A stretch of DNA of 64,000 bases from the human T2T-CHM13v2.0 reference genome, Homo sapiens. The DNA is taken from NCBI RefSeq assembly GCF_009914755.1, contig NC_060926.1; one strand, given 5' to 3'. Each line of letters begins with the position of its first letter. The first letter of the stretch is position 1. A program made the translations under genes and the position numbers. The notes beneath the pieces were generated by a model. It searched no databases. It had not been told where the DNA came from and saw only the letters and a program-made list of their open reading frames with translations. Shown in pieces: positions 15,156-29,950 of the stretch.

Positions 15156-15354
15156 AGAGAGAGAAGGTGCTACACACTTTTAAATGACCAGATCTCATGA
15201 TAACTCACTTACTATGGTGACCAAAGAAGATGGTGCTAAATGATTTATGAGAAACTACCCTCGTGATCCAATCACCTCCCAACCTCCTGTTGGGGATTGG
15301 GGATTACATTTCAACATGAGATTTGGGTGGGGACACAGGATTCAAACCATATCA
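15156..15354 (-). mobile_element. MST (MSTB-like) LTR, 5' half only
   Basis: gtgctacacacttttaaatgaccagatctcatgataactcact ... gagatttgggtggggacacag..caaaccatatca. L1 ORF2 resumes at 15355. Confidence 0.85.
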
Positions 15355-16837
15355 GTGATTTACCATATAAAAGAATTAAAAACAAAAACCACAGAATCAT
15401 CTCAAAAGATTGAGAAAAAAACATTTAATAAAATTTGTCATTTTTTTCATGACAAAAACCCTTGCCAAACTAGGAATAGAAAGAACATACTTAAAATAAT
15501 AAAAGCCATGTATAACAAACCCACAGGCAACATTAAACAGAATGGGGAAAAGCACTTCCCCTAAGAAATGGAACAAGACAAGGATACCTACTTTCACCAC
15601 TGCTATTCAACATAGTACTGGAAGTTCTAGCTATGGCAATCAAGCAAAGGGAAAAGATGAAAAACATTTAAATTGGAAAAGAGAAAGTCAAATTATCTCT
15701 GTCCGCTGTTGATATACTCTTATACCTAGTAAACTCTAAAGACTTCTGCAAAAGACTTTTAGATTTGATAAATTACTTCAGTAAATTTTCAGGATATAAA
15801 ATCAACATACAAAAATCAGTAGCATTTCTATACACCAATACCAGTCAAGCTGAGAACCAAAACAAGAACTCAATCCCATTTAAAATTTGCTAAAAATTAT
15901 ACCTAGGAATATATTTAACCAAGAAAATGACAGATCTCTACAAGGAGAACTACAAAACATTGATTAAATAAATCATATATGACACAAATTAATGGAAAAA
16001 GTATGTAATGCTCATGGATCAGAAGAATCAGTATCATTAAATTGTACTGCCAAAGCAACCTACAGGTTCAATGCAATTCCTGTCAAAGTACCAAGGTCAT
16101 TCTCCAGAGAATTATGTAAAACAATCCAAAAAATTCATCTGCAAAGAAAAAAAGCCCAAATAGTCAAAGTAATCTCAAGCAAAATGAAAAAAGCTCTAGG
16201 CATCACATTACCTGACTTCAAATAATATTATAAGGTTATAGTAACCAAAACAGCACAGTACTGGTATAAAAATAGACACATCAATTAATGGAACAGAATA
16301 GAGAACTAGAAATAAAGACATATCTACAACCATATGATTTTTGACAAAGTCCATGAAAATACGCACTAGTAAAAGAACATGCTATAAAATAAATGGTGGT
16401 GGAAAAAACAGATACTCACATGCTGAGGAATGAAGCTGGACTCCTATCTTACACCATATACAAACTAACTCAAGATGAATTAAAGTTTAAAGATAAAATT
16501 TCTAGTAGAAAACCTAGGAAAAACTATGGCCATTTCTCTAGGCAAACAATTTATGAATAAGTTCTCAGAAGGACACACAACGAAAACAAAAATAAACAAT
16601 TGGGATTTAAATAAACTAAGCATGCAAAAGAAATAGTCAACAAAGTAAACAGACAGCCTACACATGTGAGAACATATTTGCAAACGGTACCTCCAACAGA
16701 GTGTTAATATCCAGAATTTACTGGGAACTCAAACTACTCAACAACAAAAAAAACAAAAACTTCATTAAAAAGTGGGCAAAGGACATGAACAGACATTTTA
16801 CAAAGGAAGACATACAAGTGGCCAGCAAACATATTAA

Positions 16838-17171
<334 letters not shown>

Positions 17172-18679
17172 TAGTAATTCTTAAATGTGTTCCTGTGGAC
17201 AGGTGCTACCTTCTGAGTGGAGACTGATCAAGCTAATACCTCTCTTGAAATTATCAATAGAGTGGCTCCTGTATTATTGCCCATGCCGGAAGACATTATT
17301 TTTCTTGTTTTTCCTACATGACCTTTGTATCCGTTCTTTATTCTTAAAGTTTAGTGAATTTTTAAAATGTACCTTGGTTTTGTTATATATGTTACTTTTA
17401 TTTCTTCTTTTTTCTTTTTTTCTCTTTTTGACATTAAGCAAGCTATACCTTCCTTTGGTTCACATGTTCTGCCATTAAGTCAGTCATTACAGATAAGCTT
17501 CCTTCAATTATTAAGTGATTGGCTTTCAATCTACATATAAAATCGTATCGCTTTACTCAGAGGTGCTTAAATAACACATGTATGGTTAATTGCTTGGCAG
17601 CAAAACCCCAAATCATTTGCTCTGATGGTTTCACGGCAGGGATTTATGCCCATTTTCAAAAAGTACATGGGCTATTGTGGTAGAACTATTGGAACATTCT
17701 AATACATGGTTTTGTAATGTTGGAAACTGTGAGAATACCTTCAAAATGATTATTGCCTTTTAAAAGTACGGTGTTATATATGAAGGGAATAACATTAGAA
17801 ATCAGTGCTGGAATATTAAAAAATAGTATTCTAGTCATTTTAAAGCTGAGTACCTTGCTAAGTTTAAAATTTCAGTCAAATTTGTGCAACATAATCACAG
17901 ACCTTTTACAAGAGTGTCATTTGAACTAATCTGTTAGCCTTGTCCAAATTAGTCCAATTGTTTATAAGGTATTAAATGCACTACAAAGCCTAACATGTTT
18001 GCTATGCTCCATAATCATAGCACCTGTTAAACAGCCTACTGCAGCTGTACTTTTAGCAGATTACAGGCCATTAGGCAAGTTATACAGTATCTTCTTTTTA
18101 TAACTTAATTTCTCTTCTTTTGCATAGTGACTTTCTGGATCATAAAATGAGAACTTTTTCCCAGCCTTTCACGATTGAGATGAGGATAGTGGTTTTAAAA
18201 TTATTAGGATGCTCAGATACAACTTGCAAATGCTGTGGTAAAATGCAGTAGTAAAATATTTCATTAACTTTTAATTCAATTTAATATTGTTTTCTTCCCC
18301 CATGGGACTGGATGTCTTTAGATTTATCATGCTCTTTTTGGAATAGTTTCTTGAAGAAAAGTTAAAAGTAAAACTATAGAGTAAGAAAACACAAAAGCTT
18401 ATACTAATTTTTTTTTCAGGATCCAAACAGTGGCCAAATGGAAGAAACATCTGGCATCTATTTTATTCCCTCATTAATTTTTTAAGCATTTGCAGGTTGT
18501 CTAAATCATCAAAACTCTTCCGTGTATGCAGACACATACACACAAAATTATCTTTAGAGTAATAAAGAATGTAAAATAGGTAAGGCAATTTATTCTCTTA
18601 TTCCAGATGCAACAGGAACTCATAGCTTTAGACATTCTGTTTGGTACTTGCAATAAAATGCTGAGAAAATCTAACTTAA

Positions 18680-19305
18680 CTAATGTATGTTCCCTGTTCT
18701 CATGAAGCTTACAGTTTCCTGGGGATGACAAAATAAATAAATGAATAAGAAAAACAAATAGCAATGATGTTATATATATGCCCACTCTATAAATGCATAT
18801 ATATATATATATATAATATATCAATATCATAGCATATCTACACATTATTTAACTGCGAAGCAGAAATGTTTGAATATGTACAAACACACCACAAAAAAAA
18901 AAAAAACAAAACAAAACAGGAAGGCCACAGTGTGCCATGGCTCATCATAAACCTAGAGAAGTAATATATTTATTGAAATTTATTGTTAAAGAGGTGACAT
19001 AGGAGTAGGGTATATGGGGTAGGAAATACAGAATTTTTCTTGGGAGAAGAACCACAGAAGCAGAATTTCTGTGGTAAAAGTTGCACAGGGAAGTTGGAAA
19101 ATTGAGAGAAGATGAGTATAAATGGACCACAGAAACAAGTGGGTAGATTGCACTGGGTGATCCTACAGAGATTCTCTGTGACCAGTTCATTTAGCATTTT
19201 GTAATCAGAGTTGTTTTCAGTCTTTATCTCAGGCGCAACGGAAAACTGGAAGTGCCTTTCAGCCAGGGTGTCAGATGATCAAATTTGCATTAAACATTCA
19301 TTTGG
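18680..19305 (-). mobile_element. Degenerate L2 fragments
   Basis: ccctgttctcatgaagcttacagtt and gatgatcaaatttgcatt..catttggctgctg resemble antisense L2 motifs. Confidence 0.45.
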
Positions 19306-19309
19306 CTGC

Positions 19310-19689
19310 TGATACGGTTTGGCTGCTGATATGCTTTGGCTGTGTTCCCACCCAAATCTCATCTCATCTTGAATTGTAGCTCCCATAATTCCTACATGTT
19401 GTGGGAGGGATCCAGTGGGAGACAATTGAATCATCGAGGCAGTTCACCCCATACTGTTCTCGTAGTAGTGAATAAGTCTCACGAGATCTGATGGTTTTTT
19501 AAGAAGTGTCCCTTTTCACTTGATTCTCATTCTCTCTTGTCTGCTGCTAAGACCTCCCTTTCGCCTTTTGCCATGATTGTGAGGCCTCCTCAGCTACATG
19601 GAACTGTGAGTCCATTAAACCTTTTTTGGTTTCTAAATTGCCCAGTCTCAGGTACGTTTTTATCAGCAGCATGAAAACAGAGTAATACA
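19310..19689 (+). mobile_element. THE1 (C-like) solo LTR
   Basis: tgatatg.tttggctgtgt.cccacccaaatctcatc ... cagcagcatgaaaacagagtaataca. TSD GCTGC at 19305-19309 and 19690-19694. Confidence 0.9.
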
Positions 19690-19862
19690 GCTGCTGTACG
19701 GAGAATGAAAATGGAGAAGGGAAAATGGTGTGTAATAAATACATATATAGTCATGGAACCAGGCCATGGAAGATCTCATTCAGCTACAAATTTTAATTAG
19801 GAAATTGATTTCTACATCATCCTTTCTGGAGTTTTCATATGATTTTAAAGGTAGATTTATGT

Positions 19863-20158
<296 letters not shown>

Positions 20159-21034
20159 AAAGGTAGATTTATGTGATCCTAACATAAAAAAAAAAGACCC
20201 ATTGGAACAATGGCACTGTGGGAGTGAATAAGAATTTGAATAAGAAAAAATCTGAGAGCAATTATGACACACTATGCCATTTATGATATTTAAGATGTCA
20301 ATAATATCAATATTTCTGGGTTTGAAACAACTGGAAGGTTGGGAAAGAAGAGTGGCAGAAGATAATCAAGTTAGCGTCTTTACCAATGGTAAAGCCATAG
20401 GGGAGGTCACGGTTTACCCGGCCAAATGGCTCAGGGAAATGGTACTCAAAAGTGAAAACCAAGGTGTAGAGCAAGATGGCAAAAGAGAAGCCTACACCAT
20501 TTGTCCCCCTGATGGAACACCAAGTTTTAACCACTATCTGCATTTAGAAAACATTGTCACAAGAACCAAAAATTAGGTGAACAAACACAGTAACTATTTT
20601 GAACTTCATATTGCTAAAAGAGGCATTAAGGAGGGTAGGAGAGACAGGTTTGAATCACTGACGCCACACTTCTCTCATCCCCCAGTAGCAGCCAAGTAGC
20701 CCTGAGAAAGAAACTTCACATTTTGGGGAGGGAGAGGACCGTGACTGGGGGACTTTATTGAACTCAGAGCTGCACTGTCACAGTGAAGAATAAAGCCATG
20801 CTGGGCTCAGCTGGCACTCATGCATGGAGGGAGTATTTGGACCAGCTCTAGCCAGAGTGGAACCGCTTGTGCCAGCAGTCAGAACTTGAGTTTCTTGGCG
20901 AGCCTTGCCACCGTAGGCTCTGGGCTCCTAGGTAAACTTGAAAAGCAGTCTAACACACAAGGACTGTGGTACCTAGGCAACTCCTAATGCTAGGCTTGGC
21001 TTAAAGCCAGTGTAGTAGGATGGCACATGACCTA

Positions 21035-21533
<499 letters not shown>

Positions 21534-23670
21534 TCAGCAACAGTAAGATAGGGCAATAGAAAGAGTCATGAGGTCCCCATCCATTCCATATCCCAGCTCC
21601 TGGACAACATTTCTAGACACACTGAGGGCCAAAAGGAAATCTTCTGCCTTGAAGTAAAAGATCCAGTCTTGGTTGTTGCTGACTAAAGAGAAATTGGACC
21701 CCGAATAACCAGCAGTGATATGCAGGGAATGCGCTGTGGGCTCTTGTGGCTATAGTGAAAGACTCCTTATGTCTGAGAGAAACAAAGCAAAAAGTAAAGG
21801 AGACTTTGTTTTCCACATTAGGTACCATCTCAGCCACAGTAGGATAGAGCAACAAGCAGGCTTTTGGGGTGCCTGAGTTCAGACCCATTCTCCTGGATAG
21901 CATTTCTGGACCTGCCTTGGGCCAGAGAGGACTGCACAGCCATGAAGATGAGTTCCAGGCCTGGCAGCTTTTAGCACAAGATGACAGAAGAGACCTTGGA
22001 CTTCAATTGAACATCAGCAGTCATCTGGCAAAACTTCCATGGACCAGCGCTGGTGGTGGACATAGGGATAAGCTCCTCTGCTTGTGGAAAGAGGAAGAAA
22101 GAGCAGGAAGGACTCATATTGTGGTATGAATATCAGCTTATCCACAGTAAAATAGAACATGTAAATTGCTAACTAACGTTTCTGACTCTAATCCCTGACT
22201 CCCAGACAGCATCTCTGGACGTGCTTGGGGCCTGGGGGAACTCATGGCCTTATAGGAAAGGGTTTTAGGCAAGACCCAGTACTGTGCTGGCTTTAAGTCT
22301 GACCCAGTGCAGTCTCAGTGATAATGGCCACAGGGGTCCTTTCACCAGAACACCCCCAGCTCCAGGTGTCTCAGCACAGAGTGAGACAGAGAGAGAGACA
22401 GTTTGTTTGTTTGGAAGAAAATAAGAGAAAATAACTAGACTCCTTCCAATAATCCAGATAATTCTTCCAGCATTTACCCAAGACCACCAAGGCAGTATCT
22501 CCATGAGTCTGCAAAAACCACGGCATTATTGGTACTCAAAGGGCCTAACTAAGCCCCTTCAAATACCAGGAAAGCCTTCCCGAGAAGAACAGGCACAAAC
22601 AAGCCCAGAATGTGAAAACTACAATAAATATCTCACTCTTCAATGCCTTGACACCAGTGAAAATCAAGAAGCATCAACACCATCCAGGAAAACATGACCT
22701 CACCAAATGAATACAATAAAGCACCAGGAACTAGTTCTGGAGAAATAGAGGTATATGACCTTTCAGACAGAGAATTCAAAATAGCTCTATTGTGGAAATT
22801 CAAATGAATTCAAGACAACATAGAGAAACAAGATCAGAATTCTATTAGATAAATTTAACAAAGAAATTGAAATAAGTAAAAGAGTCTAGCAGAAAAATCT
22901 AGAGTTAAAAATGCAACTGACACAATGAAGAATGCATCAGAGTTTATTAATTTTAGAATTGATTAAGCAGAAGAAAGAATTAGTGAGCTTAAAGACAGGC
23001 TATTTGAAAATACATACACAGAGGAGATTAAAGAAAAGAGGAAAAAAATAAAGCACACCTACAAGATCTAGAAAAAATAGCCTCAAAAGGGTGAATCTAA
23101 GATTTGTTGGCTTAGAGAAAGAGGTTCGAGTACAGTAGAAAGTTTACTGAAAGGGACAATATCAGAGGACTTCCCAAACCTAGAGAAAGATATCAACATT
23201 CAAAAACAAAAAGGTTATAGATCACAAAGCAGATTTAACCCAAATAAGACTATCTCATGACATTTAATAATGAAACTCCTAAAGATCAAGGATGAAGAAA
23301 GGATCCTAAAAGCAGCAAGAGAAAAATAACATGTAATGGAGCTCCAATATGTCTGGCAACAGACTTTTCAGTGGAAAGGAGCAAGTATCGTGACATATTT
23401 AAGCTGCTGAATGAAAAAAAAACAAAAAAAAACAAAAAAACTTTTACCCTACAATAGTATATCCAGTGAAAATATCCCTCAAACTTGAAGAAGAAATAAA
23501 GACCTTCCCAAACAAACAAAAGCCAAGGGATTTCATCAGCACCAGACCCGCCCTACAAGTAATGTTGAAGGGAGTACTTCAGTCTGAACAAAAAGGATGT
23601 TAATGATCAAGAAGAAATGACCTGAAGGCACAAAACTCACTGGTAACAGTAAGCACACAGAAAAACGAAG

Positions 23671-24046
23671 AGCATTAGTCTGTTTTCACACTGCTGATAA
23701 AGACACACTAGAGACTGGGCAATTTACAAAAGAAAGATGTTTAATTGGACTTACAGTTCCACGTGGCTGGGGAAGCCTCACAATTATGGTGGAAACCAAG
23801 GAGGAGCAAGTCCCATCTTACATGGATGGCAACAGGCAAAGAGAGAATGAGGAAGATGCAAAAGCAGAAACCCCTGATAAAATCATTGGATCTCATTTGA
23901 CTTATTCACTACCATGAGAACATTATGGGGGAAACAGCCTTCATGATTCAATTATATCCCACTGAGTCTCTCTGACAACACATGGGAATTATGGGAGTAC
24001 AATTCAAGATGATATTTGGTTGGGAGCACAGAGCCAAACCATATCA
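23671..24046 (-). mobile_element. THE1A/B solo LTR
   Basis: cattagtctgttttcacactgctgataaagac ... agccaaaccatatca. TSD cgaag/caaag (1 mismatch). Confidence 0.9.
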
Positions 24047-24335
24047 CAAAGAATAGTATAACACTGTAATTGTTGTGTGAAAACTACTCTTATCTTATGT
24101 AGAAAGACTAGATGATGAACCAATAAAAATAATAACTAAAACAGAATTTCAAGACATAAAGAGAAACAACAAAAAATTAAAAAATGAAGAGAAAAGTTAC
24201 AATGTAGAGTTTTTATTATTTGTGTGTGTGTCCGTTTGTGTGTTTGTGTTAGTGTTGTTAACAGGTTAAAATAATGGGTTTTAGGATAGTATTTACAAGC
24301 TTCATTGTAACCTAAAATTGAAAAACATACAACAA

Positions 24336-24336
<1 letters not shown>

Positions 24337-24366
<30 letters not shown>
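24337..24366. repeat. (CA)n microsatellite
   Basis: tacacacacacacacacacacacacacaca. Confidence 0.95.
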
Positions 24367-24368
<2 letters not shown>

Positions 24369-25507
24369 AAGTTAAAACACACCACCAGAGAAATTCACGT
24401 TTATGAAAATGAAGACAGGAAGGAAGAGAAGACTGCAAAGAAACCAGAAAACAAATAACAAAATGGCAGGAGTAAGTCCTTACTTATCAATAATAATATT
24501 AAATTTAAATGAGCTAAACTCTTCAATCAAAATACACAGACTGGCTGAATAAATGAAAAAACAAGACCCAATCATCTGTTGCCTACAAGAAACACACTTT
24601 GCTTATAAATATCCCTATACACAGAAAATGAAGGGATAAAAATGATATCTAATGCCACTAGAAACCAAAAAAGAGCAAGAGTAGCTATACTTAGACAAAA
24701 TAGATTTCAAGATAAAGACTGTAATATGAGACAAATAAGGTAATTATATAATAATAAAGGGTTCAATTCAGGAAGAGGATATGACTGTGAATATATGTGT
24801 ACCCAACAGCAGAGTACTCAGATATATGAAGCAAATACTATTAGAAATAAAAAGATAGACTCCAATACAGTAATAGCTGGAGATTTCAACACCCTACTTT
24901 CAATATTGAACTTATCTCCAAGACTGAAAATCAACAGAGAAATGACAGACTCAGTGTGTTCTATAAGTCAAATGAATCTAATAGATATTTGCAGAACATT
25001 TCATCCAATAGCTTCAGAATACACATTGTTCTCCTCACATATGAATCATTCTCAAGGATAGGCAATGTGTTAGGTCAAAAACAACAAGTCTTAAAACAGT
25101 AAAAAAAAATAAAATAAAATAATATCAAGCATCTCATCTGACCATGACAGAATAAAACAAGAAATCAAAAACAAGAGGAATTTTGGAAACTATACAAACA
25201 CATGGAGATTAAACAATATGCTCCTGAATGATCTGTGGACAAATGAAGAAATTAAGAAGGAATTTGAAAAAGTTCTTGAAAGAAATGACAATGATAATGG
25301 ACACAAAATACCAAAACCTGTGAGATACAGTGAAAGCAGTACTAAGAGGGGAATTTATAAGTGACCACATCAGAAAAGAAGAAAAACTTTGGATAAATAA
25401 CCCAATGATGCATTTTAAAAAACTAGAAAAGGAAGAACAAATCAAACCCAAATTAGAAGAAAAAATAGTAAGAATCAGAGCTGAAATAAATTATTTTGAA
25501 ATGAAGA

Positions 25508-25999
25508 CACATGCACACGTATGTTTATTGCGGCATTATTCACAATAGCAAAGACTTGGAACCAACCCAAATGTCCAACAATGATAGACTGGATTAAGAA
25601 AATGTGGCACATATACACCATGGAATACTATGCAGCCATAAAAAATGATGAGTTCATGTCCTTTGTAGGGACATGGATGAAATTGGAAACCATCATTCTC
25701 AGTAAACTATCGCAAGAACAAAAAACCAAACACCGCATATTCTCACTCATAGGTGGGAATTGAACAATGAGATCACATGGACACAGGAAGGGGAATATCA
25801 CACTCTGGGGACTGTGGTGGGGTCGGGGGAGGGGGGAGGGATAGCATTGGGAGATATACCTAATGCTAGATGACACGTTAGTGGGTGCAGCGCACCAGCA
25901 TGGCACATGTATACATATGTAACTAACCTGCACAATGTGCACATGTACCCTAAAACTTAAAGTATAATAATAATAATAAAAAAAGAAAAAAAAAAAAAA
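25508..25999 (+). mobile_element. Very young 5'-truncated L1 (L1HS pre-Ta-like, ACG/A type), ~490 bp
   Basis: Near-consensus L1HS ORF2 C-terminus (..LSQEQKTKHRIFSLIGGN) and 3'UTR with CpGs intact. gatgacACGttagtggg. TSD gaaatgaaga at 25498-25507 and 26000-26009. Confidence 0.93.
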
Positions 26000-26383
26000 G
26001 AAATGAAGAAAATGATACAAAACATCAGTGAAACAAAAAGTAGGTTTTTTTTGGAAAAGATAAACAAAATTGTCAAACTTTTGTCGAGACTAAGAAGAAA
26101 ATGAGAGAGGACCCAAATAAATAAAATGAAAAATAAAAAGATGTTACAACTGCCTCTGCAGAAATTCAAAGGATCATTAGTGGCTAATGTGAGCAACTAT
26201 ATGACAGTAAATTGGAAAATCTAGAAGAAATGGATAAATTCATAGACACATACAACCTATCAAGATTGAACCATGAAGAAGAAGTTCAAAACCTTAACAA
26301 GACCAATAACAAGTAATGAGATCAAAGCCATAATTAAAGGTCTTCCAGTTAAAAGAAAAGAAAAGAAAAGAAAAAAAGCATAG

Positions 26384-26712
26384 GGCCAGATATGGTGGCT
26401 CATGCCTGTAATCCCAGCACTTTGGGAGGCCGAGGTGGGCAGATCAGTTGAGGTCAGGAGTTCAAGACCAACCTAGTCAAACATAGTGAAACCTCATCTT
26501 TACTAAAAATACGAAAAATTAGCTGGGTATGGTGGCGCATGCCTGTAATCCCAGCTACTCAGGAATCTGAGGCAGACTTGCTTGAACTTGGGAGGCAGAT
26601 GTTGCAGTGAGCCAAGACTGCACCACTGCACTTCAGCGTGGATGACAGAGTGAATCTCCGTCCCCAAAGAAAAACAAACAAACAAAAAAACAGAAAAAAG
26701 AAAAGAAAAAAG
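26384..26712 (+). mobile_element. AluSx/Sz
   Basis: Full dimer. Degenerate TSD aaaagcatagg/aaaagtatggg. Confidence 0.9.
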
Positions 26713-29627
26713 AAAAGTATGGGACCTGATATCTTCACTCCTGAATTATCTACACTTAAAGAACTGGTACCAATCTTACTCAAACTCTTTCAAAAAATAG
26801 AGGAGGATATAATACTTTCAAACTCATTCCATGAGCCTAGTATTACCCTGATACCCAAATCAAAGACACATCCAAAAAAAAAAAAAAAAGAAGAAGAAGA
26901 AAACTGCAGGCCAGTATCTCTGATGAATATTGATTCAGAATTTCTCAAAAAGTACTAGCAAACTGAATTCAACAATGCATTAGAAAGATCATTCATCATG
27001 ACCAAGTGGTATTTGTCCCAGGGATGCCAGGATGGTTCAACATATACAAATCAATCAATGTGACACACTATGTCAACAGAATAAAGTAAAAAACCATAGA
27101 ATTATTTTAGTTAATGCTGAAAAAGCATTTAATAATGTTCAGTATCCCTTCATGAGAACCCTCAAAAAACTGGGGATAAAAAGAACATACTTTAACATAA
27201 TAAAAGCCCTATATGACATACCCACAGCTAGTTTCACACTGAATGAGGAAAAACTGAGAGCCTCTTTCCTTAACTCTTGAAAATTACAAGGATGCCCACT
27301 TTCACCACTGTCATTAAACATAGCACTGGAGGTCCTAGCTAGAGTAATCAAACAAGGGAAAGATGTAAAGGGCATCCAAATTGGAAATGAAGAATTCAAA
27401 TTATCCTTGATTGCAATGATACAATCTTATATTAGAAGAAAAAAAAACTCAAGACTCCACCAAAAATTTATTAAAGTATAAACAAATTCAGTAAATTTGC
27501 AGGCTACAAAATCAGCATACATAAGTCAATAGCATTTTTATATGCCAACAGTGAACAATCTAAAATAATAAAAAAGATAATTCCATTTATAATAACCACA
27601 AATAAAATTAAATGCCTAGAAATTAACTAAAGACATGAAAGATCTTTATAATAAAAACTATATAACACTGATGGAAGAAATTGAAAAGGACACCAAAAAA
27701 AAGGAAAAATATTTCATGTTCATGGATTGGAAGATTCAATATTGTTAAAATGTCCACACTACCCAAAGAACTCTACAGATTGAATGCAATTCCAATCAAA
27801 ATACCAATTACATTCTTCATAGAAATTGAAAAATGTCCTAAAATTTATGTGGAATCACAGAAATGCAGAATAGTCAAAGCTCTTCTGTGCAAAAGAACAA
27901 AATTTGAGGAATTATATTATCTGGCTTCAAATTATACTGCCTAGCTATATAAACAAAACAGCATAGTACTTGTATAAAAACGGGCACATAGACAAATGGA
28001 ACAGAATAGAGAACTCAGGAACAAATCCACACACCTTCAATAAACTCATTTTAGACAAAGGTGCCCTGAACATACACTGGGGGAAAGAGAGTCTATTCGT
28101 TAATGGTGCTGGAAAAACTGAATATCCATATGCAGAAGATGAAACTAGACCTCTCTCTCTTTCCATACACAAAAAATAAAATCAAAGTGGATGAAAAAAT
28201 GTAAATCTAATATCTCAAACTATGAAACAACTATAAGAAAACATTGGAGAAAATCCTCAGGCCATTGGTCTGGGTAAACATTTTTTGAATAATACCCCAC
28301 CAACACAGGCAACCAAAGCAGAAATGTACAAATGGGATCACATCAAGTTAAAAAACTTCTGCACAGCAAGGAAACAATAAACAAAGTGAAGAGACAAACC
28401 ACGGAATGGAAGAGAGTATTTCCAAACTACTCATCTCACAAGGAATTAAGAACTAAAATATGTAAGGAGCTCAAACAACTCTGTAGGAAAAAAAAATTAA
28501 TAATTTGACATAAAAATGGACAAAATACATGAATAGATGTTTCTCAAAAGACATACAAATGGCAAACAGGCATACAAAAAGGTTCTCAACATCACTGATC
28601 ATCAGAGAAATGCAAATCAAAACTACAATGAGATATTATTTCACCCCAGAGCCTTTTATCTAAAAGTTAGGCAATAACAAATGCTGTAGAGGATGTGGAG
28701 AAAAGGGAACCCTCGTACACTCTTGGGTAGGAATTTAAATTTGCACAACCACTACGGAGAATAGTTTCAAGTTTCCTCAAGAAATTAAAATAGAGCTACA
28801 CCATGTGATCCAGCAATCCCACTGCTGAATATATACTCATATATACTCACAAGAAAGCATATCAGTATATCAAATAGATATCGATACTCTCATGTTTGTT
28901 GCAGCGCTATTCACAATAGCCAAGATTTGAAAGCAATCTAAGCATCCTTCAAAAGGTGGATGGATAAAGAAAATATGATGCTTCTACACAATGGAGTACT
29001 ATTCAGCCTTAAAAAATAATTAGATCCTGTCATTTGCAACAACATCGATGGAACTGGAGGTGATTATGTTAAGTGACGTAAGATAGGCTCAGAAAGACAA
29101 ATGTCACACAATTTTCACTTATTTTGTGGGATCTAAAAATCAAAACAATTCAACTTACGGAGATAAAGAATAGAAGAATGGTTAGCATAGGCTGAGAATT
29201 ATAATGTGGGTGTGATGGGGTGGAAGGTGGGATGGTTAATGGGTACAAAAAACAATAGTTAGAATAAATAATGCCTAGTATTTGATACCACAAGAGGGTG
29301 ACTATAGTCAACATAATTTAATTGTACATTTAAAAATAATTAAAATACTCTAATTGGATCACTTTAACAAAAAATAAATGCTTGAGGGGATGGATATTCC
29401 ATTCTCCATAATGTGATTATTATGCATTGCATTTCTGTACCAAATTTCACATATATATATTCATATATATAATATATAGTAGGTGTATATTTTTATGGAT
29501 ATATTTATAACCCATAAATATATACAACTACTATGTACCCATAAAACTTAAAAATTAAAAAAATTTAAAATAACTTAATAACCATATTTATTATGTTAAA
29601 GCAAGGCTGAATATTACTAAGGAAGAT

Positions 29628-29950
29628 GGAAAGTGGGGCTGGATCTGTACAAGTTAAAATAGTGAAGTAGCACAAACATGCTCCTCTCTAGTAATTGCAT
29701 ACCCAAACAGAAGAAAGAATAGGAAGGAGTTGAGCCATGATTTCTTTGTGTTTCTCTCTCAAACTTGCCTGCAGATGACACACTCCTCTGGAAAGTGGGC
29801 TGGACCTGTACAAGTTAAAATAGTACAGTAGCAAAAACATGCTCCTCTCTAGTAGTTGCACACCCAAACAGAAGAAAGAATAGGAAGGGGTTGAGCCATG
29901 CTTTCTTTGTGTTTCTCTCTCAAACTTGCCTGCAGATAACACACTCCTCT
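29628..29950. repeat. 162-bp tandem duplication of non-repeat sequence
   Basis: Units 29628-29789 and 29790-29950, with 9 substitutions and 1 indel by hand count. Confidence 0.95.

Noticed and set aside
25805-25842. G-quadruplex-forming G-tract
   Set aside because: A standard part of the young L1 3'UTR, not locus-specific.
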